Below are positions 29,237 through 38,739 of a stretch of 64,000 bases of DNA, piece after piece; the first letter of the stretch is position 1, and every line of letters begins with the position of its first letter. The notes under the pieces are model-generated. The model saw only the letters and a list, made by a program, of their open reading frames with translations. It had not been told where the DNA came from and made no database searches. Source of the stretch: a virus (taxonomy: Duplodnaviria > Heunggongvirae > Uroviricota > Caudoviricetes); IMG/VR virus record IMGVR_UViG_3300019867_000001, positions 29,244-93,243 of that record; one strand, 5' to 3'. The position numbers and the translations under genes are program-made.

Positions 29237-29685
29237 GGTATTAACTCTAAATTTTCAATTTTATTATTTAATGGATTTTTATCTTTATGATAAATTGTAT
29301 ATCCTACAGGTATAGCCCCATAATGCATTTCCCAAATAATACGTTCTTCTGAAAATTCTTCTCCAAAAATAGCTTTAAGTGATTCTTCTGTAGCTTTATC
29401 ACCTGGTTTAATTATTAATTCTAAATTATCAATACGATTATTTAATTTATTTCCATCTATATGATTTAAAACCATTCCATTTATCATAGATTTGCCATGC
29501 GCAATCCAAACAATTTCAGCTACAGTAGAATCTTTTCCGAAAACAGCTTGTACTTCTGCATCTGTAGTTGTAGGAATTATACGTATTACTTCTTTTCCTG
29601 TGTCTTCATCAATCATACTAAATTCTTTCATTATTCTCACTGCTTCCTCCTTTTTTGCGAGAAACTCGCAAATATCCATCCCCAA
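29227..29685 (-). CDS. protein with two HNH-like repeats
   Basis: Two repeats: NHIDGNKLNNRIDNLELI and YHKDKNPLNNKIENLELI. Confidence 0.4.
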   Translation of the reverse strand: MGMDICEFLAKKEEAVRIMKEFSMIDEDTGKEVIRIIPTTTDAEVQAVFGKDSTVAEIVWIAHGKSMINGMVLNHIDGNKLNNRIDNLELIIKPGDKATEESLKAIFGEEFSEERIIWEMHYGAIPVGYTIYHKDKNPLNNKIENLELIPCN

Positions 29686-30826
29686 GTATTGTTAATTGCT
29701 CGAAAAGCCAATTCTGCAGCTCCCTTGTACAGTCTTCAAATCCATGCTTTAAATGAACCCACTCCTCAATAAGAGTGCTTGCCAACATTAACTGCCCCAT
29801 TTGAATAGACCTACGAGCGATAAAAATTTGGTTATCTTCGGCTTTACCAAGTACACCTTCACCTAATGACTCAACAATTACAATCCTATATGTATCTACT
29901 GGATACTTCAATGCCTTACAAAAGTTAATAGCTTCTGCAAGAAGCCATTCTTCATTATCACGGAGATCAATACTCTCAATAATAGGTGGTGGCCGTTTTA
30001 TACGATATAGCTGTACAGCAGATCTATTAATATTCAAATGAGGATTATTCAATATTTCTTCAGTAACATCTAAAAACTCCTCAGAAACCTTTTCAGAATA
30101 CCAATTGATATCAATATAATGTTCTCGATAAACGTTTGATATAGTTAAAAATTCCTTCAGGAAACTTTTATCAGTAGCTTTAATAACAGTTTTTGCTATA
30201 AGTCTATCTACTCCCCATTGATCTGCTATTGTTCTATCTTCAGTCAAAGTGACTTGGTCTGTAATATTTGTAGTAAAATACCAAGGTCTAAATGGAGTTT
30301 CTCCTACTTTAATACATCTATAATATAAGTTCTTAGTTATACCTCTATGAAATTCAATACCTAGCTCGGTATGTATTGGTTTTGATTCAAGAATATAATC
30401 TGATTTATGTAAAAAGCATTTCTCAATTTCATGTAAATCAACAATGATCAATGTGGTATCAGGTTTCGGGTTGATCTTATATGTCCCAATTTTGCCTTCT
30501 TCATCTAGTGTGTTAGTATATAACTCGCGAAACGCCATCCAAGGTACCCAATGATGCCCAAGATGCGTTGTAAAGCCAAGTTCAACTTCATTCATTGTGA
30601 CAATACTTTGTGTTTCACCACGTATCATCACAAGCTTAACTCCAAACTTATATTCCTCGAAACCCCTCCATATACTGATTTTACCACCATTACGAAGTAT
30701 AATAGCAATTGCGTATTTCAGTCCTGTACCAAAAAAACCGATAGGATTTTTTGTCTCTTTAACTGAAACCCCAATCGTCGTAATACATCTAATATCAATT
30801 AATCCGTTACTCTCTAAATATAGCAT
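29618..30826 (-). CDS. hypothetical protein
   Basis: 402 aa. G-rich N-terminal loop (GFFGTGLKYA), C-terminal EEWVH. Confidence 0.3.
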   Translation of the reverse strand: MLYLESNGLIDIRCITTIGVSVKETKNPIGFFGTGLKYAIAIILRNGGKISIWRGFEEYKFGVKLVMIRGETQSIVTMNEVELGFTTHLGHHWVPWMAFRELYTNTLDEEGKIGTYKINPKPDTTLIIVDLHEIEKCFLHKSDYILESKPIHTELGIEFHRGITKNLYYRCIKVGETPFRPWYFTTNITDQVTLTEDRTIADQWGVDRLIAKTVIKATDKSFLKEFLTISNVYREHYIDINWYSEKVSEEFLDVTEEILNNPHLNINRSAVQLYRIKRPPPIIESIDLRDNEEWLLAEAINFCKALKYPVDTYRIVIVESLGEGVLGKAEDNQIFIARRSIQMGQLMLASTLIEEWVHLKHGFEDCTRELQNWLFEQLTILGDGYLRVSRKKGGSSENNERI

Positions 30827-30880
30827 TATATACCTTCCATACCTGACATTAATACTCCATCCTTAGCTACACGACTCATG

Positions 30881-31522
30881 CTAATCTCCTGGTGGTGTCC
30901 ATACTGCCTCATTTTCCTTCAGATTCCTTCCTAAATTATTTGCAATTACACTACCAGTTGAACGCATCATACTAACAGTATCTGAAGTGGTAGCATACAT
31001 AGCTTTTATACCTTTTACTGTATTACTATAACCTGCTGTATTTGCCATGCTAATACCCATAGAGCCAGCTTCAGCAAAAGCATCTACATTAGCGCCTAAG
31101 TAAATAAATGCCCATTTACCTGAATCCTGTCGAGTTTTAATCATTGCTTGTATTTTAGCTTTTGTGTATTCATTCGAAGCGTTTTCTTCACCATCAGTTA
31201 CTATGACTACGATAGCACGTTCTGGTTGTTCACGCTTCCAATCTTCATCTAATTGATTAATTGTAGTGCCAATAGCATCTAATAGCGGTGTACCACCACG
31301 AGGCTGAAAATCATCAGGAGTTAGCAATTTGCATTCATTTAACGCCTGCATAGGCTTAAAACGCTCAATTGCACCTGTATCAAATCTCACAAATGCAATA
31401 CTAGCTGAATCAGGTAGTTTTTGTTGTTCAATAATGAATGTATTTACACCACCAATAACATCAGTTTCACGACCAGACATTGAACCGCTACGATCAAGTA
31501 TAAGACAAATCATTGATTTCAT
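30881..31522 (-). CDS. von Willebrand factor A (vWA) domain protein
   Basis: MIDAS DRSGSMSG ... T ... TDGEEN. Confidence 0.55.
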   Translation of the reverse strand: MKSMICLILDRSGSMSGRETDVIGGVNTFIIEQQKLPDSASIAFVRFDTGAIERFKPMQALNECKLLTPDDFQPRGGTPLLDAIGTTINQLDEDWKREQPERAIVVIVTDGEENASNEYTKAKIQAMIKTRQDSGKWAFIYLGANVDAFAEAGSMGISMANTAGYSNTVKGIKAMYATTSDTVSMMRSTGSVIANNLGRNLKENEAVWTPPGD

Positions 31523-31532
31523 ATTAATATCC

Positions 31533-32447
31533 TTATTTTACACTCATAAAAGGAATTGGCGCACTCCCATAAATACTAACAGGCAATACACCATTCCAAA
31601 CTTCTGCTTTCTTCATTTCGACTTCAATCCTGCGAAGTTCGAGTACATCCTTATTCTGTAATAAAGCAGCATTTTGGATCTTTAATGCTTCAGCTTGAGC
31701 TTTTGCTACTGTTAAATTGGCGTAAGCTTCACCATCCGCTTTTGCTTTTACTGCGGTAGCTTCTGCTTCAGCTGTGACTACCTTAATTTTTTGTTCAGAT
31801 ATAGTGGTTAATACTCTATTGTCTGCTGCAAGCTTCTTTTGCTCTTGAGTTGTTTTGTCATTAATTGCATCCATATAAGACTTTTGAAATGAGAAATTAG
31901 TCATATCTATATTAATTACTTGTGCACCATATAATGCTAACTTGGTCTTAAGAGCAGCATTTATATCACCTGATACTTGCGCTCTTTTAGCAATCAAATC
32001 CGGTGCAGTGTAATGTGCTGTGACAGCTTTAAATGTTTCCATGGTAGCAGTTTGTACATATGAGGCTAAATTACCATCATGAGAATACTTTTCAAATACT
32101 TCTGCTACTTTGTCAATCATAATGCTATACCTCACAGTCATACTCACATGTACAGGCTGAGTATCACTAGTACTACCTTCAGCGTCTTTAATGTCTGCAG
32201 TTTCAGCCCGAATACTGAAATTACTTAATTTCTGCCATGGTAGAAGTATTGTTAAACCTTCTGCTTCAATGCCTATTATTTTGCCAAATTGAGTTACAAC
32301 ACCACGACTACCAGTCGGAACTGAGTAGAACGGCCAGAGGAATATTATACTTAAAACAACACTTACAAAAATTCCACTAGTTTTTAACTTATTACTCATT
32401 AAAGAATTCTCCATGTGCTTCCTTTGCAATTTTGTTTTTAGACCCAC
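31533..32447 (-). CDS. SPFH/band-7 (prohibitin/HflKC-like) membrane protein
   Basis: N-terminal TM segment. SPFH-like core followed by a long Ala/Glu/Lys coiled coil. Confidence 0.55.
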   Translation of the reverse strand: MGLKTKLQRKHMENSLMSNKLKTSGIFVSVVLSIIFLWPFYSVPTGSRGVVTQFGKIIGIEAEGLTILLPWQKLSNFSIRAETADIKDAEGSTSDTQPVHVSMTVRYSIMIDKVAEVFEKYSHDGNLASYVQTATMETFKAVTAHYTAPDLIAKRAQVSGDINAALKTKLALYGAQVINIDMTNFSFQKSYMDAINDKTTQEQKKLAADNRVLTTISEQKIKVVTAEAEATAVKAKADGEAYANLTVAKAQAEALKIQNAALLQNKDVLELRRIEVEMKKAEVWNGVLPVSIYGSAPIPFMSVK

Positions 32448-32680
32448 AGACTGAACACCAATAGATTAATCATTTTAGGTGGTGATCTACATCTGAATTC
32501 AGGTCATGATTATCATCCTTATGCCAAAGTAAATTTTCATCCACTTACTATACCCATTCCGCGCCATGTCGTTGTATACTCATTATATGAATAGGTTGTA
32601 GGTGACAATCTATAAAAGATGTAAGAGTACCATGCTCCACAATCACATTTAAGATAAAATGGGTCAAAATGATTCATATT

Positions 32681-32749
32681 GAGCGACCTAGGTAAGAATT
32701 GAACTTACAGTCTATAGGATTGAAAGCCTTTGGCTCACCATGCTAGGTC
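32681..32749 (-). ncRNA. tRNA-like element (acceptor-like stem + T-arm); candidate Y-RNA module
   Basis: Minus-strand RNA GACCUAG...GUAAG-UUCAAUU-CUUAC-CUAGGUC. 7-bp terminal stem and a 5-bp/7-nt T-arm-like hairpin. No canonical anticodon arm. Confidence 0.25.
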
Positions 32750-32924
32750 ATATTACTTTTTCAGCTGCATTATAAGTCTTATCATTTATAGTTTCTTTTT
32801 CTCATTTGCACCTTCTGCTCAGTTAATTCACTTCTATCCAAGCTTAGTGAATGCATCGTATTTCGCGCCCATAACTCTCCAAAATCATCTGTTTCATCAA
32901 TCCATGATGAAATAATAGGAATTC

Positions 32925-33125
32925 CTACTTCACGCAAATCAGCACTGCGGCATCCTCTGCCAGTTGCTTATTTGCGATCATACTAGTAGGTAGCATTGGA
33001 TGATTCAATGCATCAGCAGCAGCTACAAGTTGTCCCATTAATCCAGTAACCTCATCATTACGTATTCCACATTCTGAATTAGCATCTGCTAGCTCGCACT
33101 TCAACCCGCGTGCAAACTCCACCAA
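32925..33125 (-). CDS. hypothetical protein fragment (possibly frameshifted with upstream 33126-33250)
   Basis: 66-aa ORF. An adjacent open frame lies in another phase. Confidence 0.2.
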   Translation of the reverse strand: MVEFARGLKCELADANSECGIRNDEVTGLMGQLVAAADALNHPMLPTSMIANKQLAEDAAVLICVK

Positions 33126-33387
33126 CCTTCCCCAATCGGAAACCGCATCTGCACCGAGAATATGGGCATTGGTGAATGTGACATGACAATCACTTCTGCA
33201 GCAGTATGCTCAATATAGAAAAGTGGGGCATTATCTAATTTCATTAATAAGTTATCATTTTTGCTCATTCTATAATGCACGAATAAATATCCTGTAAATT
33301 AAGTAGGCGATAGCTAAAATACGCCCAGTCCTTGTTTTCATTAGCATACACTAGACGAGAGAAAAGTGTTACACAAGGTGCTTTTAT

Positions 33388-33573
33388 TCATTTAAATTTA
33401 GTATCCAGAAATAGTATATTTTCTTTCATACTTGCTATAATTTCTTGTAAACGTTTAATTTTACGACGATAAACTAAACCACAAGTACAAGGTTCTCCAC
33501 ATTCATAGCCATGTGGGTCTTCCCATGCAGGACAATTTCTTTCATGTCTTAATAATCTATTCTGTTCGTTCAT
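33388..33573 (-). CDS. small Cys-rich protein
   Basis: 61 aa. CPAWEDPHGYECGEPCTCG. Confidence 0.25.
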   Translation of the reverse strand: MNEQNRLLRHERNCPAWEDPHGYECGEPCTCGLVYRRKIKRLQEIIASMKENILFLDTKFK

Positions 33574-33637
33574 ATACTATTTTTACTTCTTCAAGAGAAA
33601 AGCCCTAGAGTAATCAATTCATTCTAGGGCTATTTGG

Positions 33638-35038
33638 TTATTGTATCACAGCATAACGAGGATTATTAATTACAGTCATCATTATACTGTAAGGTGAGAG
33701 ATTTTCCAATTCACCTGCAAGTATTGCCTTTAATACTGTAGGTGAATAACCAGAAACCATTACAATTCCTGACTGATTTGCAGTAGCAGGTACGTTCTTA
33801 TATTCCCCGTTTAAATTCCAGAATACAATAATAGGTATTTTATAACCTGCCTCTTTGTATTTATATGCAATTGCCTCTACAGCAGTATTATTGCCATATT
33901 GATCGAATTGCATATCTGAAAGTACAAGGAGTATCTTGGGCATTTCTTCTTGTTTAGCTTCACGTCTGATTGCAATGCTAAGTAGTAATTCAACTGCACC
34001 TACGAGATTTGTATTACCACCCCAAGGAAGTTCCTTTAGCATTTCATAACGTTGCTTAAGTGTTCCCTCCAACTTAAAGATCTCAGGATGAGCATCAAAA
34101 TTCAATACTTCTCCGTGGAATGCTCCAAGCTGTTTCTCAGCGATATATAAGCCAAGTGAAACAGATATATCAATTGCTCGTAAATTCTTGTTTCCAGTGA
34201 TTGGGACTGTCATTGAGCCTGAAGTGTCTACCATTGCAAGAATTCCAAAATCCGAATTAAGGTAGTTTGGAAGAGCAAGCCACTGAGCCTCTGCAGTTTC
34301 TTCTTGCCCTGCAGTTAATCCTTTGAGGACATCATGAGGAAAGATTGCAGTAGCATTGATCTTAACACCTTCTTTGCCAGCTTTAAGATCTGCTTGCCAA
34401 GCAGTATAGCGTGTTTCTTGATGTTTCTTGAAAGCATTTTGATAAATCTTGCTTGCAATGGACGGAACGTGATTGAAGTTAATATCATCCCACTGCTTTG
34501 CACACATTTGGGATTCAACAACTTTGGTCATGTTGACCAGAAGCTTACGGTAAGCTTTTGGAGTAAGTTTCAAATGCTGCCGAAGCTGTGTTGCTATTGG
34601 ACCTTTACGTGGCATCCATTTAGCACAAAGCCCATTATTTGCTTTTAAGCCTTGGTTAATGATACTAAATGCAATATTCTGCATTGTGGGATTATCATCA
34701 AAAATCAATAAATCATCCCAACGGCCAAATTCAGGAACATGTTGCAAATTACGAACTAAAGCTTCCAAATCTACTTTAGCAAGTGCTTTAAGGATATCCC
34801 TAAAAACTTTCCTCTCGCCAGCACCACCGCGGATATCCCTTGCCCAAAAGAGAATCCTAAGAGCTTCTATTTTGAATTGAACGAATGCTGTTAAGAACAA
34901 ACCTACAATTGCCAGATTGTTCCTGGCTGCACCTATGGCAAAGAACAAGTCTACTAAAGGGTTAGTAGTACTCTTGTAAGCAATCATTTTATTTTGTGTA
35001 GTCGTTAAGTTACCACTGGTCTCGCCCAGAAAGCTCAT
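33638..35038 (-). CDS. rsr: Ro60/Rsr-like protein (TROVE + vWA domains)
   Basis: Helical N-domain with FVQFK...GRWDDLL and IFPHDVL, similar to Ro60 FIQFK / GWSHKDLL / IHPFHIL as I recall them. C-terminal vWA with MIDAS MVDTSGSM. Confidence 0.5.
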   Translation of the reverse strand: MSFLGETSGNLTTTQNKMIAYKSTTNPLVDLFFAIGAARNNLAIVGLFLTAFVQFKIEALRILFWARDIRGGAGERKVFRDILKALAKVDLEALVRNLQHVPEFGRWDDLLIFDDNPTMQNIAFSIINQGLKANNGLCAKWMPRKGPIATQLRQHLKLTPKAYRKLLVNMTKVVESQMCAKQWDDINFNHVPSIASKIYQNAFKKHQETRYTAWQADLKAGKEGVKINATAIFPHDVLKGLTAGQEETAEAQWLALPNYLNSDFGILAMVDTSGSMTVPITGNKNLRAIDISVSLGLYIAEKQLGAFHGEVLNFDAHPEIFKLEGTLKQRYEMLKELPWGGNTNLVGAVELLLSIAIRREAKQEEMPKILLVLSDMQFDQYGNNTAVEAIAYKYKEAGYKIPIIVFWNLNGEYKNVPATANQSGIVMVSGYSPTVLKAILAGELENLSPYSIMMTVINNPRYAVIQ

Positions 35039-35137
35039 TTGTTTTTACCTTTCAAAGTGTTAAGTCAGGTTGACACGTTTAAAGTCCGCCGACTTGATTA
35101 GCCCGAAGGCTAATAATTTTTGCGGAAGTCAACCATT

Positions 35138-35515
35138 TCATGTTTCAAGTGATTCATTAGCTTCTTGCCATACAAATTCATTAAGCGGAAAGTGTGCTTT
35201 ACATTTAGTACAAAACGTACCATTATAAAAACCAGGATCTCGTGCATATGTTTCTGCTAGTGATAGACTCATAGTAGTAGCAGTTTCACATTTAGTATGA
35301 ACATATGTTCTTCTAACTGGTCTTATAAATCCTTTAGCTCGTTCTGCTAAAGTTAAGACTACATAAGCTTCCTGTTGTCCATCATCACGAAGCTTAGTAT
35401 GTGAATTATCTTTTGGTACAGGTTGACCATTAGTTAAAATTCGATTATCACGATTGACTGGTGTAGGTTTAAATGGATCGTCAAGCATATCAACTCTACG
35501 TTCTAATGATTTCAT
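35138..35515 (-). CDS. hypothetical protein with C-terminal Cys cluster
   Basis: 125 aa. C..C...CTKC. Confidence 0.3.
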   Translation of the reverse strand: MKSLERRVDMLDDPFKPTPVNRDNRILTNGQPVPKDNSHTKLRDDGQQEAYVVLTLAERAKGFIRPVRRTYVHTKCETATTMSLSLAETYARDPGFYNGTFCTKCKAHFPLNEFVWQEANESLET

Positions 35516-36067
35516 TTTAATTCCTTTATCAGATTAACACGCTTTAAGTCCGTCGACTTCGGTGAGCCGTAAGGCTCGATTTGTTGCGGAAGTTAATCTT
35601 ATCATATCAGGTTGGTTTTATAGGTTTAGCTATAGCGAGATGTCTTTTCATCAGTCAAGTGGAATACCACTATTACTACCGGCATATAAATTGGTAGTGC
35701 TGAACCCAACCTTAAACAGGATCATGCCTTTCGGCGTTCATTTAACGGATGAGATTTTAGGTGCTGCAATGATCCTTAATACTAACAGACTCGTCCATTT
35801 TGTGAGAATGGTAACTCATCTCTATATATGATGCTGAAACGAGTCTTAATTACTGGATTGCCCCTTCCGGGTTTCGCTATAGGAATTTTGGGATGCTGTA
35901 GCAATCCATTGATATCTCCTATTATGGTAGTTCTTTAATTAATACTTCCATAATAATCCCTCTGCAGCCTATTAACATTACCGCTTGTATTGCAGTTATT
36001 TCTTTTCAGGATATAGTGCTGCTATTATTTTATTTGCTAAAGTTAATGCATCAGATTTATTCATAGT

Positions 36068-37108
36068 TTATGGTGCAAGTAAACATTCTACATCATTCCT
36101 TTTTGGTCCGTATGAGCGATAATTAAATTTTAAAAAGTAATTATCTTCAACTTTTTTCTGATCTAAGCATGTAATTGCAATCTTATAAGACGATGTACTG
36201 TTATTATGATCTTTAATAATTCTTTGTTCTAATTCTTTTATGTTTAATGGAGCATACCGTAATTTACCTTGAAATTTATTTTCAAAATTAGTTTCATCTT
36301 TAACCCAATTTGGTAATGGCTGCTCATTAACTAGTGGACCAGCACCATGTCGCGTTAAATAAGACCGAGATACATATATAGGATTAAGTTCTTTGATATC
36401 CCATTCATTACAAAGTTCTAATACATTTTTAATTCCAGTATTAGATGGTGTTAAATATGGAAACCCAGGATAATTTTGATCTAACATTAAACCTTGTGCG
36501 CCCTCAAATACAAAATTAGTACCTTTAGGTTTTTCACTAATTATTATTTTATCAAGAAATTTTTCTACATAACTAAAGTATATCTCTCTCCACTTTGCTT
36601 CAAATTCTAAATTAAAAAGATTTAAGTTTAATAATCTTTTAGGTATATATTCTTTTAAAATTCTATCATATACACTCTTATCTCTAATTGTTTTTACTTT
36701 TATACAGTATTTAGGATCTCTAGACCTAAGGACTGTTTCAAAAATTCCAACTCCACAAGTATCTAATTTCGCAATTGCTTGATTTATTAACATGTCAAGT
36801 GGTGTCGTTACAGTAGATGATGGATGTACATGTGTTGGTGATAATTGTAATTCGTTAAAGAATAAAATAGGATTGCAAATAAAGTGTTCACTTAAATAGG
36901 TCGGGATATTTAAGAAGCCACCAGAAGCATGATGGTGAAATACATTTCGTTCACCTTTAGGAGTTACAACAGAATGACCTGCCTGACTGCCACCATTAAA
37001 GCGAATTACAAAATCAGGGGAATGTTTTGAGCAAATATAATCTGTTATATGACCTTTTGATTCATCACCATAATTAGAACCTATGACAGCATATGCTTGC
37101 GCTTGCAT
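36068..37108 (-). CDS. adenylosuccinate synthetase (PurA)-family protein, short form; candidate PurZ
   Basis: GDESKGH / NGGSQAGHS / FEGAQGLMLD / TRHGAGP match the PurA signature blocks (GDEGKGK / QGGHNAGHT / FEGAQGTLLD / TRVGAGP). 346 aa, against about 430 for cellular PurA. Confidence 0.6.
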   Translation of the reverse strand: MQAQAYAVIGSNYGDESKGHITDYICSKHSPDFVIRFNGGSQAGHSVVTPKGERNVFHHHASGGFLNIPTYLSEHFICNPILFFNELQLSPTHVHPSSTVTTPLDMLINQAIAKLDTCGVGIFETVLRSRDPKYCIKVKTIRDKSVYDRILKEYIPKRLLNLNLFNLEFEAKWREIYFSYVEKFLDKIIISEKPKGTNFVFEGAQGLMLDQNYPGFPYLTPSNTGIKNVLELCNEWDIKELNPIYVSRSYLTRHGAGPLVNEQPLPNWVKDETNFENKFQGKLRYAPLNIKELEQRIIKDHNNSTSSYKIAITCLDQKKVEDNYFLKFNYRSYGPKRNDVECLLAP

Positions 37109-37109
37109 T

Positions 37110-37589
37110 TAATTTCCTTCATTATAAAATTCACCATGTAATGTTTTAGCTTTTTCATTGTATGCATCTCTAGCTTTTTCAGCAGTATCAAAGTAGCCGA
37201 GATGTATTATTTTTCTGAAGTGTAGTATTAAACATTTGTTCTTGTCTTGTCGCTAATCTTAGATTTTCAATTCTATTATTTAAGCTATTTAAGTCTTTGT
37301 GATCTATTTCAAATCCCTTTGGAATCTCACCATTAAACATTTCCCAAATGATTCTGGCTGCTGTAAAAGTAATTCTATTATAGCTAATTCGCCAGCTGCA
37401 ATAGCCATTCGAACTTTTACTAATATTACCTGCTAAATCACCAATATTAACATTATATGCAGGTTTGATTTTCCAAAATAGACTACCTTCGTCATATATA
37501 AAAATTTTATGCCAATTTATAACTTGAGTAATAGATGAAATATTATCAATTAAATATTCAGGTAATTTGAATTTTTCTTGTTCTTCCAT
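37110..37589 (-). pseudogene. HNH-AP2 homing endonuclease, disrupted (AP2 tail in another frame)
   Basis: ORF 37188..37589 ends ...IENLRLATRQEQMFNTTLQKNNTSRLL*. The AP2 C-terminus (…FDTAEKARDAYNEKAKTLHGEF) is readable downstream in a different frame. Confidence 0.4.
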
Positions 37590-37679
37590 ATCTATCCTTT
37601 ATTTAAAGTAATTACATAAGGGCTATAGTTTGCTGTTTAATCCTTATTTTACAGGATTATTTAGCCCTTATATAATACT

Positions 37680-37865
37680 TTATTTTATAAAATGGCCTAA
37701 TGTGAATGCTACTGCAACTATAATTCCTAGGATAATACTTAAAAACTTAATAAATTCTCTTGTAAACGTATAAGCAGTACGACAGCTATATTCAAAATAT
37801 ATTGCTATTGAAAGACTTAAAATAAATAGAAATGCTGGAAACCACCACCAGTTAATAATAGTCAT
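37680..37865 (-). CDS. small membrane protein (2 TM)
   Basis: 61 aa, hydrophobic. Confidence 0.3.
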   Translation of the reverse strand: MTIINWWWFPAFLFILSLSIAIYFEYSCRTAYTFTREFIKFLSIILGIIVAVAFTLGHFIK

Positions 37866-37867
37866 AC

Positions 37868-38734
37868 TTAAGCAGGCAATAATGCTAAGTAACCAGGTAA
37901 TTCTTTTTGATGTATAGATCTAGTATTGCCAAGATTACCTTCATTCCTCTGAATAATAGAAATAATTCCATCTGCAAGTTTATTATGGTCTTTCAAACTA
38001 AAACAGTTTTGGCCTATTAATTTATTCCATGAATTTTGAACTGCAGGTAAGTCTCCTCTTGCATAATTGCCTTCTTCAATGATAATATGATAAGTATTAT
38101 AAATACGACTTACTAAATTATATAAGGCTTCTGCAGTATAATCTTGTTGTGGTGTTATTCCAATTACTTTTGCTATTTGCTCTTTTGTTAATATTGGTGG
38201 AGCTTCTTCATCACCAACAGTGAATAGATATCCTTTCTTTCCACGCTTTTCAAAGCAATCAATACTTGTGTGGAAAGCTGCAAAATACCAAGGGAAGCTA
38301 TATGATTCATGATCATTTCCACCACCACCACCTTCAAGCCATAAACCAGTTAATTGCTCCACAATTCTAATATCTGCTTCGAATTGAGAGACTTGGAGTG
38401 GAGCGCGATCATATGCCACATCCCCTATGCCCATGAACATAATATGTGGATCACTAACAGGTTGTTCATCGTAGAGCTTGTTAAACAGTATACCTAAACT
38501 TTTCTTAGCAATATCTTCCGATATGTGACCCATGCTGCCCGTTACGTCCAGCGCAATAACAATTGCGTTAGATTTAGGATTATCTGCTGAATCTCTAGAT
38601 TCACGAAATTTTACACCAAAAGGATTTAATTCCTCTTTAATACCTCGTGAAGTAAATCGTTGTTCACGAGAAAAATCTTGTGTTGTACTAGTATAGTTTG
38701 CATATGCTGTATGATCAAAACGACCACTGCCCAT
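37868..38734 (-). CDS. vWA domain protein
   Basis: MIDAS DVTGSMG. Confidence 0.5.
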   Translation of the reverse strand: MGSGRFDHTAYANYTSTTQDFSREQRFTSRGIKEELNPFGVKFRESRDSADNPKSNAIVIALDVTGSMGHISEDIAKKSLGILFNKLYDEQPVSDPHIMFMGIGDVAYDRAPLQVSQFEADIRIVEQLTGLWLEGGGGGNDHESYSFPWYFAAFHTSIDCFEKRGKKGYLFTVGDEEAPPILTKEQIAKVIGITPQQDYTAEALYNLVSRIYNTYHIIIEEGNYARGDLPAVQNSWNKLIGQNCFSLKDHNKLADGIISIIQRNEGNLGNTRSIHQKELPGYLALLPA

Positions 38735-38739
38735 GTTAA

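Noticed and set aside
32681-32749. Canonical tRNA gene
   Set aside because: The element has an acceptor-like stem and a good T-arm but no foldable D-arm/anticodon arm, and it is only 65 nt. It is retained as a tRNA-like/Y-RNA candidate, not called as a tRNA. No other cloverleaf candidates with GTTCRANYC boxes were seen.
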